Assembly (NCBI GenBank): GCA_945877765.1
Contig: CAMDWQ010000003.1
Coordinates: 52,168-116,167 of the forward strand
Reading direction: 5' to 3'
Length of the DNA stretch: 64,000 nucleotides
Source: Candidatus Omnitrophota bacterium
Lineage (GTDB): Bacteria > Omnitrophota > Gorgyraeia > 2-02-FULL-51-18
Under the pieces are notes generated by a model. It saw nothing but the letters and a program-made list of their open reading frames with translations, ran no database searches and had not been told where the DNA came from. The position numbers and the translations under genes are program-made. Shown in pieces: positions 49,670 to 59,160 of this stretch (position 1 is the first letter of the stretch; each line of letters opens with the position of its first letter).

Positions 49670-50851
49670 CTATTCGTACCGCAACGCCTTGACTGGATCA
49701 AGTCTTCCCGCCACAAATGCCGGATAAAAAGCAGACACAAAACTTAAAACCACGGCAACCGCGATCACCCAAAGCGTATCCGATGGGTTCATTTTGACGG
49801 GGAGCCTATCGATATAATAAATTTCCCTGGGCAGCTCAACAAACGAGTATTTTTTTAAAATCCAGCAAACGCCGGTACCCGCCAGCAAGCCGCTCCCCGC
49901 ACCCAGAAGCCCCAGCACAAGCCCATCCATTGCAAAAATTTTAACAAGGCTAATTGGCGGCGCCCCCAGCGCTCTCAAAACACCAATATCCTTGGTCTTG
50001 TCCATCACCAGAATTGTGAGGCTTCCGGCGATGTTTAGACTAGCGACAAGAATAATTAAAGCCAAAATTAAAAACATCACCGTCTTTTCAAGCTTTAGCG
50101 CCGAAAAGAGCGTGCGATTCATATCCATCCAAGTGCGTACCTGGTAAGGATAACCAAAAAATCCGCGGATTCTTTTTTTTGCCTCTTCGGCATGATCCGC
50201 ATCTTTCAAATAAACCGAAAGGCCGCTCACCTGGCCGGTCCTATTAAAAAATTTCTGCGCGTTGGGCAAATTGATAAAAATAAGATTGGAGTCGTATTCG
50301 TACATCCCGGTAGTAAAAATCCCCTCAACGACCAGAGGTACCGGCTTGTCCATCGTCTGCGTTGCCAGCCGCACCTTCGAACCTATTCGCAGACCCGCGC
50401 TGTGCGCTAATTCGGAGCCAATCACCACGCCATCCGCTTTTTCTGAGAGAGTGCCTTCTTTGACGTACTGATAAAACCGGGAAACTTTTCTTTCTCGGGC
50501 AGTATCAATCCCGCGCACCATGACGCCTGTCCCCCATTCACCCGATTGAAAAAGCGCTTGCCCTTCTACGTAGGGCGCAATGCCGGCCGCAATCCCAGCT
50601 TTTTCAAGCTGCTGCGTCACCGCGGCGGCTTCGCGGAACTCTCCCTCTTTTTCAATCACCAGATGAGCGCGAAGCCCAATGATACGCTCTTTCATATCCT
50701 GATCAAAACCATTCATCACCGCTAACACCACAATCAACGCTGCCACGCCCACCGCGATCCCAATTACCGAGATCGTGCTCACGACTCCCACAAAAGGATG
50801 CCTGCGCTTCGACCAAAGATAGCGCTTGGCCACCAACCACTCAAAACTCAT
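49670..50851 (-). CDS. Lipoprotein-releasing ABC permease LolC/E
   Basis: GVAALIVVLAVMNGF, ALKLEK, IGVLRALG, DPVKALRYE. Confidence 0.92.
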   Translation of the reverse strand: MSFEWLVAKRYLWSKRRHPFVGVVSTISVIGIAVGVAALIVVLAVMNGFDQDMKERIIGLRAHLVIEKEGEFREAAAVTQQLEKAGIAAGIAPYVEGQALFQSGEWGTGVMVRGIDTARERKVSRFYQYVKEGTLSEKADGVVIGSELAHSAGLRIGSKVRLATQTMDKPVPLVVEGIFTTGMYEYDSNLIFINLPNAQKFFNRTGQVSGLSVYLKDADHAEEAKKRIRGFFGYPYQVRTWMDMNRTLFSALKLEKTVMFLILALIILVASLNIAGSLTILVMDKTKDIGVLRALGAPPISLVKIFAMDGLVLGLLGAGSGLLAGTGVCWILKKYSFVELPREIYYIDRLPVKMNPSDTLWVIAVAVVLSFVSAFYPAFVAGRLDPVKALRYE

Positions 50852-52311
50852 TCTTTTTGCGCCTTCATCTGCGGGAACAAAATCACCTCACGAATCGACG
50901 GCTGGTTGGTCAACACCATCACCAGGCGGTCAATGCCTATACCCAACCCCCCGGCCGGAGGCATGCCATGCTCTAAGGCTAAGATAAAATCCTCATCAAT
51001 CGTATTCGAGGACGCTTCCTTGCCCTTGTCCTTTAATTCTTCTTCAAAGCGGAGCTTTTGCTCGATGGGATTATTTTGCTCCGAATAGCCGTTGGCCAGT
51101 TCCATGCCTCCGATATAGAGCTCAAACCGTTCACTTAAAGAAGGATTGTTCGGGTTACGGCGCGCCAGCGGTGAAAGTTCGGCAAAATAGTCCGTCACAA
51201 ATACCGGGCGAATCACACCGGCTTCTTTGGAGGAAGCGGGGTCCAAAAGATCCGCGACAAGATTAATAATCTGAGTCCGCGAAAGGTTTTTGCCCTCCAC
51301 CTTGACGCCTTTATGCTTCAGCTTCTCAATCCACACCTCGGTGTCGTCCTCGGGGCCTATATCGAATGATTCTTTCATGAGCCCAGCAAAAGATACTCTT
51401 TCCCAATGAGAAAGATCGAGAGTTTTTTCGCCGTAAGGTACTTGGAGCGTCCCAAGGACTTGTTGCGCCGTCTCTTTGATTAATCGTTCGGTAAGATCCA
51501 TCACGTCGTTGACGTCATGATAAGCCGTATAAACTTCAATCATTGTAAATTCAGGATTGTGCCGCGTAGAAATACCTTCATTGCGGAAACTTTTATTGAT
51601 CTCGTAGACTTTATCAAAACCGCCAACGAGAAGTTTTTTTAAATAAAGTTCGGGTGCCACCCGTAAAAATAAATCCATCCCCAGCGCTTCGTGGTGTGTC
51701 TTAAACGGCTTTCCCGCGGCACCCCCGGGAATCGAATGCATCATTGGCGTCTCCACTTCCAGATAATCCAGCTCATCGAGAATGCGGCGGATGGAGCGAA
51801 TGATCTGGGAGCGTTTGATAAAAATGCCTTTGGCTTCTTCGTTGGAAATTAAATCCAGGTAACGCTGGCGATACCGCACCTCGGTATCCTTAAGGCCATG
51901 CCATTTTTCCGGCATCGGACGCAAGCTTTTGGCGAGCATGGCAAACGACTGAACACGTATCGTGATTTCACCAGTTTTTGTTTTAAAAAGCTCTCCCTCA
52001 ATCCCGACGATATCCCCGATATCAGTCTGTTCAAAAAGCTTCCAGCCGTCCTCGCCGAGATTTTCGCGTTTGATATAGAGCTGAATACGGCCTGTTTCGT
52101 CTCTTAAATCACAAAAAATTGTTTTTCCCATGAGGCGGATAGAGGCTAGGCGGCCAGCGGTGCGAGTTTTTTTATTTTCCTCAAAAGCGCTGACAATAGC
52201 GGCAATCATACCATCTTTGAGAAATCTCCCGCCAAAAGGATAGACTCCCAAAGCCTCGATAGCCTGGAATTTTTTAAAACGCTCTTTGAGTAAATCGTTG
52301 GGTTCATTCAT
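50848..52311 (-). CDS. lysS: Lysyl-tRNA synthetase (class II)
   Basis: YRQRYLDL, APELYLK, FRNEG, HNPEFT, GMPPAGGLGIGIDRL. Confidence 0.97.
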   Translation of the reverse strand: MNEPNDLLKERFKKFQAIEALGVYPFGGRFLKDGMIAAIVSAFEENKKTRTAGRLASIRLMGKTIFCDLRDETGRIQLYIKRENLGEDGWKLFEQTDIGDIVGIEGELFKTKTGEITIRVQSFAMLAKSLRPMPEKWHGLKDTEVRYRQRYLDLISNEEAKGIFIKRSQIIRSIRRILDELDYLEVETPMMHSIPGGAAGKPFKTHHEALGMDLFLRVAPELYLKKLLVGGFDKVYEINKSFRNEGISTRHNPEFTMIEVYTAYHDVNDVMDLTERLIKETAQQVLGTLQVPYGEKTLDLSHWERVSFAGLMKESFDIGPEDDTEVWIEKLKHKGVKVEGKNLSRTQIINLVADLLDPASSKEAGVIRPVFVTDYFAELSPLARRNPNNPSLSERFELYIGGMELANGYSEQNNPIEQKLRFEEELKDKGKEASSNTIDEDFILALEHGMPPAGGLGIGIDRLVMVLTNQPSIREVILFPQMKAQKE

Positions 52312-52380
52312 CGCGGCATCACCGATTTTTTTCCATAACCCATTGGTTTTAAATTTGTTATGGAATAAAGTTAAGAAATT

Positions 52381-52409
52381 ATTATAAATGGCTCTTCGGG
52401 GGATGTCTA
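52381..52409 (-). promoter_or_regulatory. sigma70 promoter upstream of lysS
   Basis: Minus strand reads TAGACA-N17-TATAAT. Confidence 0.75.
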
Positions 52410-52435
52410 TTAATTAATTAAGCGGATTTAAACTT

Positions 52436-53986
52436 TTATAACCGAGAATAGCGGTTTGGCTTGTTGGCCTGGCGCCAGGAAAACCAAAGTAGAGCCGCGC
52501 ATACAAGAAGAAACCAGTCCCCAAGCAGGCGGTACAAAGAAGTGCTTTTGCGCAAAAAAATGCCTTGTGTCTGGTGACCCGTCACCATGATCTCCTTGCC
52601 TCGGTCATTCACCGACCCGACCACTTCGCCGCTGGCGGAAATAAAACAAGAAAAACCTGTATTGGCCGAGCGAATGACCGGCACACGGTTTTCCACCGCC
52701 CGGAAAACGGAAGCTTGGGCGTGCTGGTAAGGAGCGGCTGTGTTCCCAAACCAAGCATCGTTGGTGACGTTGACCAAAAAGTCAGCGCCTTTTTTGACAA
52801 AATCACGTACCAGGCTAGGAAACATGTCCTCATAGCATATCAACACCCCAAAACGGGCTGTCAGATAATTTTGAGGAGCTCTAGGCTTTAGCACAAAAAT
52901 TGATTTCTCCTGTCCGGGAGAAAAGCGGCCAATCACCACCAGGTGGCGGATAAAACCTAATAGGGGTTCGAAAGGCAAAAACTCGCCGAAAGGCACAAGG
53001 TGTGTTTTGCTGTAGCGCTGGCTTTCTTCTCCGCTGGGACTAAAGAGGATCGTGCTGTTATATGAGCGAAGCCCCTCCTCCAGCCCGCCCAGCGTCGGGA
53101 CGCCGACGAGTGTCGGTGTATTTGCACGCCGTATCGTGCTGCGAAGGTGCGCCGCCATGACCGGCTCGTCCTCAAAAAAACCAGGAAAAGATGTCTCGGG
53201 CCAGACAATCAGATCCGATGCTTCATTGGCAGACATCAACGTCAGGCGTTTGTATTTTTCAAAAATAATACCGCGAACCTTCGCATCCCATTTTTGATCC
53301 TGAGGAATATTCCCCTGCAAAACAGAGACGCGAAGTGACGGCTTTAAATCGCGCGGTTCCCATTCCTTCATTTTTAGAAAACCATACAAATAAACTACAG
53401 CAAGAACTGCTGCGGCCGCGTACAGGCAACCAAGCGCAATTTTTTTGTAACTCAAAAACTGATAAAAAAGAACGTTTAAAAAAAGAAGCAAAAAAGAAAC
53501 TCCCCATACGCCCGCAACATCCGCGACCTGGATAAATAGTACGTTTTTCCATTGGCTATAACCCAAAAGCGCCCACGGAAGTCCGCTAAACAACCAACCC
53601 CGAACCCACTCCAACAAAACCCATAAAGCCGCCATCGTCAACGCCGCGCGCACCGGTCCCGCTTCCAAACCGCGCGACTTTTTTGAAAAAAACTGCGCAG
53701 AATAAAAACCAAACAAAGCAAAATAAAGACTTAAGTAAATGACCAGGAGAATAAAAGCAAAAATATTAACGTAATTAAGCCAATACATAGTGATGGCAAA
53801 AAAAAGAATGCCCAGCACCAATGATTGAAAAACCACCCTCCCCCGGCTTTTGTTCTCCAGGGAAAAAAAATAAGGGATGAAGGCAAAGAAGGAGAGAGGC
53901 CACAGGAAACTAAAGTGGTAGGGTAGCGCTAGAAGCAGCGCCGAAACGACGACTGCCGCAAAATCACGGATTACTGGCCGTGACAT
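52436..53986 (-). CDS. lnt: Apolipoprotein N-acyltransferase
   Basis: [38 protein letters not shown]. Confidence 0.95.
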   Translation of the reverse strand: MSRPVIRDFAAVVVSALLLALPYHFSFLWPLSFFAFIPYFFSLENKSRGRVVFQSLVLGILFFAITMYWLNYVNIFAFILLVIYLSLYFALFGFYSAQFFSKKSRGLEAGPVRAALTMAALWVLLEWVRGWLFSGLPWALLGYSQWKNVLFIQVADVAGVWGVSFLLLFLNVLFYQFLSYKKIALGCLYAAAAVLAVVYLYGFLKMKEWEPRDLKPSLRVSVLQGNIPQDQKWDAKVRGIIFEKYKRLTLMSANEASDLIVWPETSFPGFFEDEPVMAAHLRSTIRRANTPTLVGVPTLGGLEEGLRSYNSTILFSPSGEESQRYSKTHLVPFGEFLPFEPLLGFIRHLVVIGRFSPGQEKSIFVLKPRAPQNYLTARFGVLICYEDMFPSLVRDFVKKGADFLVNVTNDAWFGNTAAPYQHAQASVFRAVENRVPVIRSANTGFSCFISASGEVVGSVNDRGKEIMVTGHQTQGIFLRKSTSLYRLLGDWFLLVCAALLWFSWRQANKPNRYSRL

Positions 53987-56532
53987 TTTTTGTATTTCTT
54001 GCTACTCCCACATGGACAAGGATCATTTCGACCTACTTTTTCATCGGCGGGCACTGTTCTCGCGGAAACCGGAGCAGGCGCCGGCATGGTGCTGCTCTCA
54101 TCGTCTGGCGCGGATACTCTTTTTAAAATAGAACCCGCTTCCGGGTGTAAAAATTGAAGGGGTGCCGTTTTTTTCTCTTTAGGCTCTTCCTTTAATTTCT
54201 CAGGATCCATTGCCTGCATGCGAAAAATAAATGACAAGGCCTCTTCCTTGATCGTGTCCACAAGAGTCTGAAAACCTCCGAAGGCTTCCCGCTTGTATTC
54301 AACCAACGGGTCTTTTTGGCCGTAGGCTCGCAGGCCAATTCCCTCACGTAAATTATCCATTACCCGCAAATGATCTTTCCATTTATTATCGACAATATCT
54401 AAAAGTATCATTCGTTCTAAATGTCTCAAAGATTCAGCGCCAATCTCATTTTCTTTTTGCTCATAAGCTGCCTTCGCTCGTGAAATCACCGCCTCGGTAA
54501 GGACGCTTCCTGTATCCGATTCCAACCCCTCCAAAGAAATCGGCAGCACTTTTCGCACTGTCTCTGAAAGAGTTTGGAAATAACCCTCTTCGGAGGCTGG
54601 AACGCTTTCCACCAGCACCGACGCAATCTCGTCGATCATGCTCAGGTAGTGCTCTTTAAGATTTTCACCTTCGAGTACTTTTTTACGCTCAGCATAAATG
54701 ACTTCGCGCTGGCGGTTCATGACGTTGTCATATTCCAGAAGCTGCTTACGAATATCAAAATTGCGGCCTTCGACGCGTGTCTGCGCATTTTCAATAGCTC
54801 CGGAAATAAAAGGATGCTCGATTTCCTGCCCCTCTTCCATGCCGAGTTTTTGCATAAGACCCCCAATACGGTCCGATCCAAAAATTCTCAGCAAGTCGTC
54901 TTCCATTGAAAGATAAAAACGAGAAGATCCGGGGTCTCCCTGGCGGCCCGAACGTCCACGCAGCTGATTGTCGATGCGCCGCGCTTCATGGCGCTCCGTC
55001 CCGATCACATGCAACCCGCCAACCGCCTGCACCCCTTCGCCTAAAACAATATCCGTTCCGCGGCCGGCCATATTGGTTGCAATCGTGACGGCGGCAGACT
55101 GGCCAGCTTGCTTGATGATTTCAGCTTCCATTTCGTGGTATTTGGCGTTGAGCACTTTGTGCAGCACATTGGCACGGCGTAAAAGCGAAGATAGGCGCTC
55201 TGATTTTTCAATGGAAACCGTCCCCACAAGAACCGGCTGTGCCTGTTTATGACACTCGATAATCTCCTGGACCACCGCATCAAATTTTTCCCGCTCCGTG
55301 CGGTAGATGCGATCAGGGTAATTTTTGCGGATCATAGGGCGGTTGGTGGGGACAGAAACAACGTTGAGTTTATAAATCGTAAAAAATTCCTGCATTTCAG
55401 TAAGCGCAGTTCCGGTCATCCCCGCCAGCTTCGAATACATGCGAAAATAATTTTGGAATGTCACCGTCGCCAGCGTCTGATTCTCTTCCTCGACTTTCAC
55501 TTTTTCTTTGGCTTCAAGTGCCTGGTGAAGGCCATCGGAGAAACGGCGTCCCGGCATGAGACGTCCGGTGAATTCATCGACAATGAGCACTTCTCCGTCC
55601 TTGACGACATAATCCACATCAATTTTAAAAATGGCATGCGCACGAAGCGCTTGATTGACGTGATGAACCAATTCCACATTGGAGGGGTCATAAAGATTTT
55701 CAACGTTGAGAAGTTTTTCGATCTTGATATTTCCCTTTTCGGTCAGCGCCACCGAGCGCGTTTTTTCCTCGATTTCAAAATCCTCACCTTTGACAAGATT
55801 GGGGATAATTTTATCGATGGAATAATATTTATCGGTCGATTCATCGCTGGGGCCGGAAATAATCAGAGGGGTGCGGGCTTCGTCAATCAAAATGCTGTCC
55901 ACTTCATCGACGATAGCATAGTTTAGCTCACGCTGGACACGCTGTCCGATACGACGCACCATGTTGTCGCGCAGAAAATCAAAACCAAATTCGTTGTTGG
56001 TGCCATAAGTGACGTCGGAATTGTAGGCTTTCTGCCTGTCGGTTGGGCTTGAGTTGTGCTGGACAACTCCGATGGTAAGCCCCAAAAACTCATACACGGG
56101 CCCCATCCATTCGCGGTCGCGGCGCGCCAGGTAATCATTGACGGTGACGACATGCACGCCCTTGCCGGTGAGCGCATTCAAATACACGGGAAGCGTTGCC
56201 ACGAGAGTTTTTCCCTCACCGGTGCCCATTTCAGAAATCTTTCCTTCATGCAGCACCACGCCGCCCATCATCTGGACGTCAAAATGGCGCATTTTCAAAA
56301 CACGCGTGGAGGCTTCACGTACCACCGCAAAAGCTTCAGGTAAAATTTGATTTAGCGTCTTGCCATTTTTTAAAAGATCGCGGAAATAGTCTGTCTTGGC
56401 TTTCAGCTGGTCATCCGAAAGTTTGGAGATTTCGGGTTCAAACGTATTGATTTTTTCAACCGTAGGGCGTACCCGCTTGAGGATGCGCTCATTTTCCGTA
56501 CCAAAAATTTTTTTTAAGACCCAGCCGATCAT
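53971..56532 (-). CDS. secA: Preprotein translocase ATPase SecA
   Basis: [41 protein letters not shown]; C-terminal [10 protein letters not shown]. Confidence 0.97.
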   Translation of the reverse strand: MIGWVLKKIFGTENERILKRVRPTVEKINTFEPEISKLSDDQLKAKTDYFRDLLKNGKTLNQILPEAFAVVREASTRVLKMRHFDVQMMGGVVLHEGKISEMGTGEGKTLVATLPVYLNALTGKGVHVVTVNDYLARRDREWMGPVYEFLGLTIGVVQHNSSPTDRQKAYNSDVTYGTNNEFGFDFLRDNMVRRIGQRVQRELNYAIVDEVDSILIDEARTPLIISGPSDESTDKYYSIDKIIPNLVKGEDFEIEEKTRSVALTEKGNIKIEKLLNVENLYDPSNVELVHHVNQALRAHAIFKIDVDYVVKDGEVLIVDEFTGRLMPGRRFSDGLHQALEAKEKVKVEEENQTLATVTFQNYFRMYSKLAGMTGTALTEMQEFFTIYKLNVVSVPTNRPMIRKNYPDRIYRTEREKFDAVVQEIIECHKQAQPVLVGTVSIEKSERLSSLLRRANVLHKVLNAKYHEMEAEIIKQAGQSAAVTIATNMAGRGTDIVLGEGVQAVGGLHVIGTERHEARRIDNQLRGRSGRQGDPGSSRFYLSMEDDLLRIFGSDRIGGLMQKLGMEEGQEIEHPFISGAIENAQTRVEGRNFDIRKQLLEYDNVMNRQREVIYAERKKVLEGENLKEHYLSMIDEIASVLVESVPASEEGYFQTLSETVRKVLPISLEGLESDTGSVLTEAVISRAKAAYEQKENEIGAESLRHLERMILLDIVDNKWKDHLRVMDNLREGIGLRAYGQKDPLVEYKREAFGGFQTLVDTIKEEALSFIFRMQAMDPEKLKEEPKEKKTAPLQFLHPEAGSILKRVSAPDDESSTMPAPAPVSARTVPADEKVGRNDPCPCGSSKKYKKCHGQ

Positions 56533-56547
56533 CGATTTTTTCCTTTT

Positions 56548-57646
56548 TTACTCTCCACCCAGACTTCTTAAGTAGGCCTCAATCAATCCTTCTAAATCGC
56601 CGTCCAATACTCCCGCGGTGTCCGACGTTTCATAATCGGTCCGGTGATCCTTCACCATCTGATACGGGTGCAGGACGTAGGAGCGAATTTGACTGCCCCA
56701 GGAAATTTCCTGTTTTTCGCCGTAACTTTTCTTCTGCTCCGCCGCGCGCTTGGCCATTTCCTTGTCATACAAGCGGCTTTTAAGCACCTTCATCGCCGTC
56801 GCACGATTTTTAATCTGCGAGCGCTCGTTTTGACACTGGACAACCAATCCGCTGGGCATATGCGTAATGCGTACGGCCGAATCCGTGGTGTTGACTCCTT
56901 GCCCGCCCTTGCCGCCCGACCGAAACACATCAACGCGGATATCGATTTCCTTCACTTCAATATCAATGTCATCTTCCACTTCGGGAATGACTTCCACCGA
57001 GGCAAAAGAGGTATGCCGCCGCTTGTTGGAATCAAAAGGTGAAATACGTACCAACCGATGCACACCAATCTCAGACTTCAAATACCCGTACGCGTAATCC
57101 CCCTCAATCAAAAGCGTGACATTTTTCACGCCCGCTTCTTCACCCTGCAAAATATCAATCATCTCGACGCGGTACTTACGGTCCGTCGCCCATCGCGTGT
57201 AAAGCCTTAGCAGCATCGCCGCCCAATCGCAGGACTCCGTTCCACCCGCGCCTGAGTTGATACTCAAAATCACGCTATTTTTATCCAGCGGGCCGCTCAA
57301 CAATTTCTGAAATTCAAGCGTGCCAATCAACTTCGAAATTTTGTCCGTCTCAAGCTCTAGATGCTTCAGAGACTCTGCATCCTCTTCTTCGGTAATTTCA
57401 AGCATCCCCAAAAGATCTTTCAGGCCCGCGTCCAGCCTCAGATAAGACTCGGTCTGATTTTTTAGGCTTTTTAATTCCTGCATCACCCCGTTTTTTTTGT
57501 CAGGGTTGGACCAGAAATCAGGATTGGAGATTTCACCTTCCAGGGAAACAATGCGGTTTTTAAGTTTATCCACATCAAAGAAACCTCCCTAGGGCGCCCA
57601 TTTTCCCCTCGAGGTCTTTTAGCTTTTCCGTCAGGTCTTTTTTCAT
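56548..57646 (-). CDS. prfB: Peptide chain release factor 2 with a programmed +1 frameshift after codon 23
   Basis: ATG at 57646 gives MKKDLTEKLKDLEGKMGALGRFL, then CTT-TGA-T (57580-57574) with an internal SD GGGAGG; the +1 frame continues DVDKLK... with SPF and GGQ motifs. Confidence 0.95.
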
Positions 57647-57708
57647 ATAGGGGTAAATTCTATCATCCTTGAATGGGATAGGAAACAGAAATCACTAAGC
57701 ATTTTCCT

Positions 57709-58329
57709 TCACTGGAGTTCCTCGAGCTTTCGCGAAATATAGGAGCGTATCTCTTTTTGTGGAATTCGCGCGATCCAGCGCCGCGCCTTTTTAAAACTAA
57801 AAGTCGTTGGGAAATGCAGTTCTGGAAAATACCCAAATTGCTTCTTTTTCCGGCTTGAGAGATAGAGGCAGTCTATGAGTGCTTTTTCAGGTTCCGCGAT
57901 CAAGAAACTTCCCTCACCTTTGTGCCAGTCAAAACCATCAAAAAACGACGGAGCTATTTGGTGAACAGAGAATACGCCGGATTGTGTGCGGAGAGTTTTT
58001 GTGTGAGAAAGCGAGGCTAAAGTGATTACCTGGGGTATCTGTTCCACAATCCCGTGCAAGTGAAGTGCCGTGACAAACGAGACGTAAACGCGCTGACGTG
58101 GGAACAGATAAGGAATGATTTCAAACGGAGAAAACTTTTTTTGGTCTGATGTTACCCACACACCGCGGGCTATCCTGAAGAGGAGGCCTTGTGTCGCTAA
58201 GCGGGACAGGCACTGCGTCACCGTGGAACGGGATTTTCCTGAGAGAGTTATCATCTCATGCGTCGTGAAAACAGGTCGCCCGAGCCTCTTTACAAACACC
58301 ATGATATTTCGGGGGGGAGTTGTTTTCAT
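57709..58329 (-). CDS. AbiEi-type (type IV TA) antitoxin, winged-helix
   Basis: FTTHE...LSRL...RIARGVW, YVSFVTALHLHG, IAEPEKALIDCLY; ATG at 58329 overlaps the upstream TGA (ATGA). Confidence 0.85.
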   Translation of the reverse strand: MKTTPPRNIMVFVKRLGRPVFTTHEMITLSGKSRSTVTQCLSRLATQGLLFRIARGVWVTSDQKKFSPFEIIPYLFPRQRVYVSFVTALHLHGIVEQIPQVITLASLSHTKTLRTQSGVFSVHQIAPSFFDGFDWHKGEGSFLIAEPEKALIDCLYLSSRKKKQFGYFPELHFPTTFSFKKARRWIARIPQKEIRSYISRKLEELQ

Positions 58330-59105
58330 GGCGCCAACTCTTCCAGAAAATGGGCCGTTTTGAGTTTGACCTCGTCCCATATTTCCGCCGAGGAATAGAT
58401 TTTTTGATCTTCGGCTCCAAGATAAGCCACGACACTGTCGCGGAACTGAGCAAACTCTACAAGGAAAATATTGTCATGAGCTGTGTTTAAAATGGTTTTG
58501 CTGACATTCACGTTTCCTTTTAGCGACTTCTCGTATTGGGTATCAAGCAGAAATAAATCAAATATATCGCGAGCCTGCAAAACAGATCGGCGCGCCAATG
58601 CCTGGATCTTTTGCTCTATGGCTGAAGGCGCATCATAATGGGGTACAAGCAAGGGAGTCATTTTATAAGAACGAAGAACCTCCGAGGACACCGGCTCGAT
58701 AACCGCGGATCCATTGGATCCCCGCCTAGAGAATTCGATTTTCGTAAAAAAATCATCCCCGCTTCGCGTCAAAAGATGGATCTTGAAGCGCTGGGTAGTG
58801 TCAGTCTGCTTGGCCTTTATAATGTCGGGCGGGACAACCTTTTCGATCCCAAAAGATTTGAGACTATCAGAAAATCCACGGGTTGAAAGAATATCCATGA
58901 CGGTTTTCTTGACCCTTTCGACTCCGACTTTTTGAATGTCCAGGTCCATGTCTTCAGAATAACGGATGCTTCGGAAGAAAAACCGTAAATTAACACCTCC
59001 CTTGAGGGCATAATCCCTCCCTTCAAGTTTCCTGCCAAACCAGCGCAGAAACTCGAGGTGAAAGACTTCTCTTATTTCAAGAAGGCTGTAGATTCTGGCA
59101 TCCAT
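58326..59105 (-). CDS. AbiEii-type nucleotidyltransferase toxin
   Basis: LKGGVNLRFF..RYSEDMD, KIE, QKIQAL, RDIFDL motifs. Confidence 0.88.
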   Translation of the reverse strand: MDARIYSLLEIREVFHLEFLRWFGRKLEGRDYALKGGVNLRFFFRSIRYSEDMDLDIQKVGVERVKKTVMDILSTRGFSDSLKSFGIEKVVPPDIIKAKQTDTTQRFKIHLLTRSGDDFFTKIEFSRRGSNGSAVIEPVSSEVLRSYKMTPLLVPHYDAPSAIEQKIQALARRSVLQARDIFDLFLLDTQYEKSLKGNVNVSKTILNTAHDNIFLVEFAQFRDSVVAYLGAEDQKIYSSAEIWDEVKLKTAHFLEELAP

Positions 59106-59106
59106 A

Positions 59107-59153
59107 TTATGTAGTATAATTCATTAATTAGTTAATTTCAATACATAACTAAT
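59107..59153 (-). promoter_or_regulatory. sigma70 promoter with overlapping inverted repeats (candidate antitoxin operator)
   Basis: Minus strand TTGAAA (59141-59136)-N17-TATACT (59118-59113), 7 nt before ATG; IRs attagtta/taactaat (59127-59134, 59146-59153) and ttatgta/tacataa (59107-59113, 59142-59148). Confidence 0.75.
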
Positions 59154-59160
59154 AAAATTA

